This document shows positions 56,885-64,000 of a DNA stretch of 64,000 nt, piece after piece. The DNA comes from Patescibacteria group bacterium (GTDB lineage Bacteria; Patescibacteriota; Microgenomatia; UBA1400; PJMF01). Made by a program: the position numbers and the translations under genes. Position 1 is the first letter of the stretch, and every line of letters begins with the position of its first letter. The stretch lies in assembly GCA_049322655.1 (NCBI GenBank), contig JBMORP010000006.1, positions 448,410 to 512,409 on the forward strand. Reading direction: 5' to 3'. The notes below the pieces were generated by a model. That model made no database searches, was not told the DNA's origin, and saw only the letters and a list, made by a program, of their open reading frames with translations.

Positions 56885-56940
56885 AAGGGCAGTACTAAAC
56901 TCATTGTAAGCTGTTTTTACTCAAGCTACAAGGAAAACAA

Positions 56941-58632
56941 CTAAACTTCATTCCCTTCCACCTTGGTATCAACCAAAATTTCTTTAGAACTAGACAACAA
57001 GCCTTGCCATTTACCACTCACCATTGAAAATATCTTAGATATATAACTCAGTTCTTTGACATCGAAGAGGTATGAAAAATAAATATAAACTAACATCCCT
57101 ACCGTTCCAGTAGAAAAGGTCAACGCAATTAATTCTAAAGTTCTGGAAGTATCAAACACCACTTCATCCAAAATTCTAAAAGGCAAATACAAGAACACCG
57201 CCATTAAAAAACTAGACATAATCATTTTAAGTTGTGGCCACCAAAAATCTGAGCTGGTAAAACACTTGGCCCTTGGCTGAAGAAAAATAAAAAATAAAGC
57301 CAATTCTAGATAAGCACTAATGGTGGTAGCCCAAGCTAAACCCAGGACTCCCCAGTTAGTGACATAAACAAAAAATACACTGATCAAAAAATACACTGCA
57401 ACTGTAATCGAAGTAATCAAAAATGGAGTTTTAGTATTTTTTAAAGCATAAAAAGCCCGCACTAATAACTGCACCATAGCTTGAGCTGCCACTGAAATAG
57501 CCAAGATTGCAACGACTTTTCCAGTTAAAACTGTAGTTTTCCAAGGAAAGTTTTCTGCTCCAAAAACCAAACGAACAATAGGAATTCTTAAGATTAATAG
57601 TAGTACCGAAGCTGGTAGAGCAAAAAAAGAGATTTGATGCAAAGACTGAACCACCAATGAAGCAAACCTTTTTCTTTCTTCTTCTTGAGTTTCTTGAGAA
57701 AAAAAAGGTAAAGATGCCTGGCTAATAGGAACTCCAAATAATCTAATTGGAATCGTCATCAGTCGCAAACCCAACCGAATCACCACAAAACTTAATCCCC
57801 CAATAGTAGTCGCAAAAAATCCCAAACCCAAATTCTGTAATTCAGAAACACTCAAAGCTAAAACTCTCGGAGGCATTAAAGAAAACAATCGTCTTACTGA
57901 CCAATCTTTAATATCAAAAACAAAACGATGCCTGAAACCCAATCTTTTAACTGAAGGAAGTTGTACCAACATATGTAAAAAAGCACCAATAATTACCCCC
58001 AAACCAGCTGAGTAAATTCCAAACACATCTTTAAACAGAAACACACCAAGAATAATGCCAAAATTATAAAAAACTGGAGCAACAGCCGAGACGATAAATC
58101 TTTGATAAGACTGCAACATACCAGTCAAAAAATTAGAAATAGCAAAAAAGAGTTGACTAAAAAGCATTAGTCTAGTCAAACCAACGGCCAACTCAACCTG
58201 AGTAGCCGTAAACTCTATTCCCGTTCTCCATTTAGTGATCGGTTCAGCAAAAACCGCCACCACGATTGCCACTACCAAAAACACCAGCACTAATAAGTTC
58301 ATCACTGAAGAAGTAAACCGAAAAGCCTGTTGTTCATCTTTTTTTCTTAAATCAGTAAAAAGTGGAATAAAGGCTGCAGAGACAGCTCCTAGCACGATTA
58401 ATTGGAAAAGCATGTCTGGAATCTGAAAAGCAATCTGGAAAGCTTCGTAAGCTTGTTGCGTAGCTACTGAATCAAAAAATGAAGAGATCAACAATCTTTC
58501 TCTCAATAATCCCGCCACTGAAGAAGCAATATTAGCCAAAGTGATAATCAAAGCAGCCGACAAAATAGAGGTTTGTTGTTTCTCTAGCCATTTAGTATTT
58601 TGACTGAAAAATCTTGAAAGTTTAAAAAACAT
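56941..58632 (-). CDS. murJ: Lipid II flippase MurJ (MviN)
   Basis: 563 aa, 14 TM MOP-superfamily pattern; SSVAGLLRERLLISSF typical MurJ N-terminus. Confidence 0.85.
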   Translation of the reverse strand: MFFKLSRFFSQNTKWLEKQQTSILSAALIITLANIASSVAGLLRERLLISSFFDSVATQQAYEAFQIAFQIPDMLFQLIVLGAVSAAFIPLFTDLRKKDEQQAFRFTSSVMNLLVLVFLVVAIVVAVFAEPITKWRTGIEFTATQVELAVGLTRLMLFSQLFFAISNFLTGMLQSYQRFIVSAVAPVFYNFGIILGVFLFKDVFGIYSAGLGVIIGAFLHMLVQLPSVKRLGFRHRFVFDIKDWSVRRLFSLMPPRVLALSVSELQNLGLGFFATTIGGLSFVVIRLGLRLMTIPIRLFGVPISQASLPFFSQETQEEERKRFASLVVQSLHQISFFALPASVLLLILRIPIVRLVFGAENFPWKTTVLTGKVVAILAISVAAQAMVQLLVRAFYALKNTKTPFLITSITVAVYFLISVFFVYVTNWGVLGLAWATTISAYLELALFFIFLQPRAKCFTSSDFWWPQLKMIMSSFLMAVFLYLPFRILDEVVFDTSRTLELIALTFSTGTVGMLVYIYFSYLFDVKELSYISKIFSMVSGKWQGLLSSSKEILVDTKVEGNEV

Positions 58633-58745
58633 TACTTATAGATTATAGGGATTGTCTGGAGAAAAAAAAGAGTTTGATCTGCATTTCTCATTCTTGAGAA
58701 CAGTCCATTGCGAAAACTAGATCTAGGCTGTATAATTCTCGATCT

Positions 58746-59060
58746 ATGCCAATCTTATCTAATGCAAAAAAAGCCTTAAGAGTTAGCAAGAAAAAAACTA
58801 CTCGCAATAAGGTCACCAAAAGCAAAACTAAAACATCTATAGATAAAGTCAAAAAGAACCCAACTATGGAAGTTTTGGCTGGGGCTTACTCTTCTATCGA
58901 TAAAGCTGTTAAGAAAAATATTTTTCATGCAAATAAAGCTGCTCGTTTGAAAAAACAACTTGCTAAGCTAGTAAAACCAACTAAAATTGACAAAAAAGTT
59001 GCTAATAAAAAAACCTCCACAGCAAAGAAAAAAACCACAAAAAAACCCACAAAAAAATAA
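58746..59060 (+). CDS. rpsT: Ribosomal protein S20 with Lys-rich C-terminal extension
   Basis: SNAKKALRVSKKK...FHANKAARLKKQLAKL matches the S20 pattern (SAKKRA...HKNKAARHK). Confidence 0.85.
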   Translation: MPILSNAKKALRVSKKKTTRNKVTKSKTKTSIDKVKKNPTMEVLAGAYSSIDKAVKKNIFHANKAARLKKQLAKLVKPTKIDKKVANKKTSTAKKKTTKKPTKK

Positions 59061-59147
59061 GTTGTTCCGTGGTTAATTGTGAAAACTTTAATTTATCAAT
59101 AAATTGGTATTATATTCATATATCAATCTATTAGTTAATGGTAAAAA

Positions 59148-60941
59148 ATGGAAAACAAGCTTGCTCACATCAGAAATTTTTCAATTATTGCTCACATTGA
59201 TCATGGGAAAACTACTCTCACTGACTCATTTTTAAAAGCAACTAATACGATTTCCAAAAATGAAACTCGACAAAGAGTGATGGACTCAAATCCAATCGAA
59301 CAAGAAAAAGGCGTAACCATCAAACTTGCTCCAGTCATGATGAACTATGAGCTAAATGGTAAAAACTACCAACTCAACTTGATTGATACACCAGGTCATG
59401 TCGACTTTGGCTATGAAGTTAGTAGATCACTGGCTGCTTGTGAAGGAGCCCTCTTACTAATTGATGCAACTCAAGGTGTACAGGCACAGACACTAGCCAA
59501 CTTTGAAAAAGCTAAAGCCTTAGGCCTTAAAATTATTCCTGTGATCAATAAAATTGACTTGCCTTCGGCAGATATTGACCAAGTCACTCTTGAAATCATG
59601 GAGCTGCTTGGAGTAACAGAACAAGAAATTTATAAAACATCAGCCAAAAATAACCTCGGCATTGAAGAAGTTCTCCAAGCTATTGTAGAAAAAATCCCAG
59701 CTCCAACTGGAGATTTAACTAAACCAACTAAAGCAATGGTGATAACTTCTTTATTCGATAGTCATCAAGGGGTTATTGCTTATCTAAGAGTAATTGACGG
59801 CAAACTAACCAAAGCACCCATGCATTTACTCTCAACAGAAACTACTTTTCAACCCATTAGTTTGGGAATTTTTAGACCTGAAAGAGTTGCAAAAAATGAG
59901 TTGGCGGCCGGTGATGTGGGTTATGTAGCCACCGGTTTAAAGGATATCTCTCTCGTTAAGGTGGGTGACACTTTAACACTGCACCAGGATAAAGATAAAG
60001 TTACTAGATTGGCAGGCTATAAAGAGCCTACCCCAATGGTTTTTATGGAGCTTTATCCAATTGATGCTAATGATTTTACTGCTTTAAAAGACGCTTTTGA
60101 AAAGCTGTCATTACATGACTCAGCTTTACAAAGCAAACCAACCCACTCAACAGCTTTGGGCAATGGTTTAAGAGTTGGGTTTTTGGGGATTTTTCATGCC
60201 GAAATTGTACGAGAACGTTTAACTAGAGAATTTGACTTGGATTTAATTGCCACGGCACCATCAGTGAGTTATCAAATCACCAACAAACAAGGAAACAAAA
60301 TTATCGTTAACACTCCAGCAGAGTTCCCTGATCCAAGTTTAATCCAAACCATTGAAGAACCAATGGTTAAAGCAACGATTTTTACTCCAGAAGATTATGT
60401 TGGCACTGTTTATAAACTAGCCAGAGAAAAAAGAGGTGTTTTAACTAATACCATTGGAGCTGGTACTAGAGTTAGATTGGAGTACCAAATTCCCCTAGCA
60501 GAGCTTATCACTGATTTTCATGATCTACTCAAATCGGCTACTTCTGGTTTTGCTTCTTTGGAATATGAGCTAGATGGTTATCAACTAGTGAATGCCATTA
60601 AAGTCGATATTATGATCAACAAAGAATCGATCGAGGCGCTTAGTTTTATTACTGTCAAAGAAAAGGCTGAACAAAAAGGCAGAGACTTAGTCAAAAAACT
60701 TAAAGAAGTTGTGCCCCGCCAAATGTTTGAAGTGCCAATTCAAGCTGCTATTGGTGGCAAAATCATTGCTCGTGAAACTATTAAAGCCTACCGCAAAGAT
60801 GTCACTGCCAAACTTTATGGGGGTGATGTAACTAGAAGAATGAAGCTCTTACGAAAACAAAGTAAGGGTAAGAAAAAAATGAAATCTATCGGCAAGGTTG
60901 AACTAAATCAAGAAACATTTTTGGCAGTATTAAAGACCTAA
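59148..60941 (+). CDS. lepA: Elongation factor 4 (LepA)
   Basis: IRNFSIIAHIDHGKTTL, DTPGHVDF, NKIDL; LepA-specific C-terminal domain; 597 aa. Confidence 0.95.
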   Translation: MENKLAHIRNFSIIAHIDHGKTTLTDSFLKATNTISKNETRQRVMDSNPIEQEKGVTIKLAPVMMNYELNGKNYQLNLIDTPGHVDFGYEVSRSLAACEGALLLIDATQGVQAQTLANFEKAKALGLKIIPVINKIDLPSADIDQVTLEIMELLGVTEQEIYKTSAKNNLGIEEVLQAIVEKIPAPTGDLTKPTKAMVITSLFDSHQGVIAYLRVIDGKLTKAPMHLLSTETTFQPISLGIFRPERVAKNELAAGDVGYVATGLKDISLVKVGDTLTLHQDKDKVTRLAGYKEPTPMVFMELYPIDANDFTALKDAFEKLSLHDSALQSKPTHSTALGNGLRVGFLGIFHAEIVRERLTREFDLDLIATAPSVSYQITNKQGNKIIVNTPAEFPDPSLIQTIEEPMVKATIFTPEDYVGTVYKLAREKRGVLTNTIGAGTRVRLEYQIPLAELITDFHDLLKSATSGFASLEYELDGYQLVNAIKVDIMINKESIEALSFITVKEKAEQKGRDLVKKLKEVVPRQMFEVPIQAAIGGKIIARETIKAYRKDVTAKLYGGDVTRRMKLLRKQSKGKKKMKSIGKVELNQETFLAVLKT

Positions 60942-60956
60942 AGTTGTAATAAAAAA

Positions 60957-60979
60957 CCCCTCAGCTAAGAGGGGTTTTT
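60957..60979. terminator. Bidirectional terminator ACCCCTC-agctaa-GAGGGGT with A6/T5 flanks
   Basis: Perfect 7-bp stem. Confidence 0.7.
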
Positions 60980-61004
60980 AAGTTATTTCAAATAAATTAA
61001 TTTT

Positions 61005-61805
61005 TTATAAAGCTGCGGAGTATTCTTTGAGATAAATAATCTTTGCTTCATCTTGAATTCCTTGAACCCAATTTTGAATTTCTTCATTAATTTTTGAAGA
61101 TTTCAGTTGTTCTTTGACTAGTTCTCTCATCGAATCAAGATCGGAACCCTCTGGGAAAAACTCCTTGTTTTCTTCCATATAGGCATCAACTTCTTCTTCG
61201 GTAATCTCAATTTTGTCAGCAACAATTTTTTCGGCACTCTTTTGCAACACAATATCTTCAATTAATTGATCTTTAGTCATACCTTGATCTGCCAAGGCTT
61301 GGTCTAAAGACATCCCCTGAGCCAGGATTCTATCCTCAATCTCTTTAATCGCAGCATCAATTTCGGCTTGTTCTACTTTGATTCCAGAGCTATCGATTGC
61401 TTGCTTAACTAGTTTTTCAGTAATAATCGAATCAAGAATTTGTCGACCACCTTGTTCTTCCAACCGTTGAATCACTGTCCAACGATAAACTGGCTTACCA
61501 TTAACCATGGCTACAACAAATATATCTTTCAACAAATAACCAACTCCCAAAAACAATAACGCAGCGACCAAAATAACTACATTTTTTTGGTTAGCAAAGA
61601 ACTTTTTCACATTATCTAGTCCTGGTGATAATGGTGTTGCTGCTGTTACAACGGGTTTAACTACCTTTTTTGGAGCTGTTTCAGTAATTTTCTTAGTTAC
61701 TGCTACTGATTTTTTGCCACTAGTCTTAGTTGTTTTTTTGGCAACTGTAGACTTATTTGTACGAGTAGGAGTTTTTTTGCTCTTTTTTGTGGTTGTTTTT
61801 GACAT
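61005..61805 (-). CDS. Membrane-anchored SurA-N-domain-like periplasmic chaperone (PpiD/PrsA-like, no obvious PPIase domain)
   Basis: Lys/Thr-rich N-tail, TM, then a helical domain resembling the SurA N-terminal chaperone module. Confidence 0.45.
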   Translation of the reverse strand: MSKTTTKKSKKTPTRTNKSTVAKKTTKTSGKKSVAVTKKITETAPKKVVKPVVTAATPLSPGLDNVKKFFANQKNVVILVAALLFLGVGYLLKDIFVVAMVNGKPVYRWTVIQRLEEQGGRQILDSIITEKLVKQAIDSSGIKVEQAEIDAAIKEIEDRILAQGMSLDQALADQGMTKDQLIEDIVLQKSAEKIVADKIEITEEEVDAYMEENKEFFPEGSDLDSMRELVKEQLKSSKINEEIQNWVQGIQDEAKIIYLKEYSAAL

Positions 61806-61877
61806 TCCTTGAATGTATCAAACCTTCTGCAAAATGCCTAGACCTGATTTAAAAATGCTATAATAAGGTTTATTGCT

Positions 61878-62576
61878 ATGCCTGAAATATTTAATGCTTC
61901 TAACCAGGCTAAAAAGAAAGACCAAGTGACTCAAAACTCTGCTGATGCTCCATCAACTACTAAAAAACGTCATTCTGTTGATGAGTATTCAGAAATCATG
62001 AGACAAGAAAAACCACAAAAAAATTATCTTGCCTCTTTTTTGCCCAAACCATTTAAAATCGGTTTTGATACCCAAATGGATGGAGAGCAAATCGTTTTGG
62101 TTCTCAGACAACACCCTATTACCTTGATTAAAAAAGTAGCAACTATTCTAGTAATGTTGCTAATGCCAATTATATTGCCCAAGGTATCATTTGTTGATTT
62201 TTTCCCACTTTCCTACCAATCAGCTATGGTTTTGGGTTGGTATACCATTACTTTAGGCTTTGCTCTAGAAACATTTTTAGTGTGGTTCTTTAGTGTTTTT
62301 ATTATTACTGATGAACGAATTATTGATGTGGATTTTTTGTCATTATTATTCAAAGATATTTCCTCAGCCAAAATAGATGCTATCCAAGACATTAGCTCAA
62401 AGACTGGAGGAATGTTGGCCACAGTAGTAGATTATGGCACTGTTTATATCCAAACAGCTGGAGAAAAAACCGAGATCCAGTTTGAAAATGTGCCCCAACC
62501 AGCCAAAGTAGCCGCTATTTTAAATGAATTGCTTTTAGAAGAAGAAAAAGAAAAGATAGAAGGAAGAGTAAGATAA
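61878..62576 (+). CDS. Membrane protein with bacterial PH (bPH_2/YdbS-YdbT-like) domain
   Basis: Two TM helices followed by the ~80-aa pattern typical of DUF304/bPH_2. Confidence 0.5.
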   Translation: MPEIFNASNQAKKKDQVTQNSADAPSTTKKRHSVDEYSEIMRQEKPQKNYLASFLPKPFKIGFDTQMDGEQIVLVLRQHPITLIKKVATILVMLLMPIILPKVSFVDFFPLSYQSAMVLGWYTITLGFALETFLVWFFSVFIITDERIIDVDFLSLLFKDISSAKIDAIQDISSKTGGMLATVVDYGTVYIQTAGEKTEIQFENVPQPAKVAAILNELLLEEEKEKIEGRVR

Positions 62577-62800
62577 TGACAACAAATTTTAGTTTTCCCT
62601 TATTAATGATCTTTAAATATCTACTTATTTCAGCTTCTTTCTTTTACTTAATCTTTGCTTTTGTCGTGATCAGACAAATCTCAATCATGAAGAGAACTTT
62701 AATCACCCCTGTTTCTGGGAAAATTACGTTGCTTGGTTGGATCCACTTTGGCTTTGCCCTAACCGTTTTATTTTCATTTTTGTTTTTCGTTCAACCATAA
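62576..62800 (+). CDS. Small 2-TM membrane protein (74 aa)
   Basis: ATGA overlap with the upstream gene; hydrophobic. Confidence 0.3.
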   Translation: MTTNFSFPLLMIFKYLLISASFFYLIFAFVVIRQISIMKRTLITPVSGKITLLGWIHFGFALTVLFSFLFFVQP

Positions 62801-63028
62801 ATAAAAAGCTTAAAGTTGAGTGTTCTAATCTAGTTTTAAACATAATAGGATTTGTCTTGTGGAAATAAATAACTATCAACAAAAGCCTCATTTCCAACCC
62901 AAAAAAATGGGTAAGCTTAAAAATAAAAAAACACCACCACCTACGACAACAAATTTCCCTAGTTAAACAAGCCAAATTTGATTTTTCAGGAATTAATTTT
63001 AACAACTAGACGTAAAAAAAGCGCTTTA

Positions 63029-63146
63029 TTCTGGCCTCGACCTATCTTCGCATTCCAACGAGGGAAAACTATTGTCAGCGCTGAGGCGTTTCAAGACTCT
63101 GTTCGGGATGGGAAGAGTTGGTACCACCTCGCTCTAGAGACCAGAA
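63029..63146 (-). rRNA. rrf: 5S ribosomal RNA
   Basis: Minus strand ...GGTGGTACCAACTCTTCCCATCCCGAACAGAGTCTTGAAACGCCTCAGCGCTGACAATAGT... matches conserved 5S loop B/C and helix regions; terminal helix CTGGTCTC/GAGGCCAG. Confidence 0.85.
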
Positions 63147-63259
63147 TAAAACGCTTTTATGTTAATTTAGAGTATTGTACTCTAAAAGGTGAAGAGAAAT
63201 TGTCATCTGACAGCTTATTGTCGCGAATTCATAATGTAAATTTTTAATACTAATTATGT

Positions 63260-64000
<741 letters not shown>

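Noticed and set aside
63147-63259. dif-like motif (…TAATACTAATTATGTTCAATGG…, 10/11 match to the XerD arm TTATGTTAAAT) in the 5S-23S spacer
   Set aside because: Only the right arm matches. The left arm does not end in ATAA. The location inside an rRNA operon spacer makes a chromosome dimer resolution site unlikely.

Overview
This 64 kb window is low-GC (roughly 35-40%) with compact, mostly minus-strand housekeeping genes and short proteins (IF-2 488 aa, HrcA 241 aa). It looks like a reduced-genome, CPR/Patescibacteria-like bacterium; that is inference from gene content and composition only. Shine-Dalgarno sites (GGAGG) are visible in front of some genes.

Core content:
- Gene expression: nusA-infB-rpsO-pnp without rimP/rbfA/truB, rpsT, lepA, smpB, cmk, trpS.
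- HrcA/CIRCE heat-shock regulon: hrcA-grpE-dnaK, a DnaJ-class gene and groES-groEL, each preceded by the same degenerate CIRCE variant.
- Cell envelope: two class A PBPs, murJ, ftsH, an FtsB-like gene, a GH18 gene, a CsbB-like GT2 plus YfhO pair, GT4, and GT-C-like membrane proteins.
- Nucleotide and tRNA modification: an nrdR-nrdJ operon with a tandem NrdR-box pair, and a t6A operon with a fused tsaC-tsaE gene followed by tsaD.
- Pilus-like cluster: PilN/PilO-like genes next to a 511-aa surface protein.
- RNA genes: two CAT-anticodon tRNAs, 5S rRNA, and the 3' part of 23S rRNA on the minus strand at the window end.

Best candidates for something new:
1. GroES carries an 8-cysteine (CC-x3-CC-x3-CC-x6-CC) insertion in its roof hairpin.
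2. A GC-rich (~55% or more) horizontally acquired lipoprotein/SPFH gene has its own GC-rich terminator.
3. A class A PBP has three AT-hook-like RGRP(K/R)K repeats in its cytoplasmic N-tail.
4. A HepT-like HEPN protein (RNRVVHSF) is translationally coupled to a CMP-kinase-like P-loop protein.
5. An HNH nuclease is membrane-anchored.
6. A partial duplicate of the tRNA-Met 3' end sits next to a GC-rich foreign lipoprotein gene, suggesting an integration scar.

No CRISPR array or obvious intact mobile element was seen.
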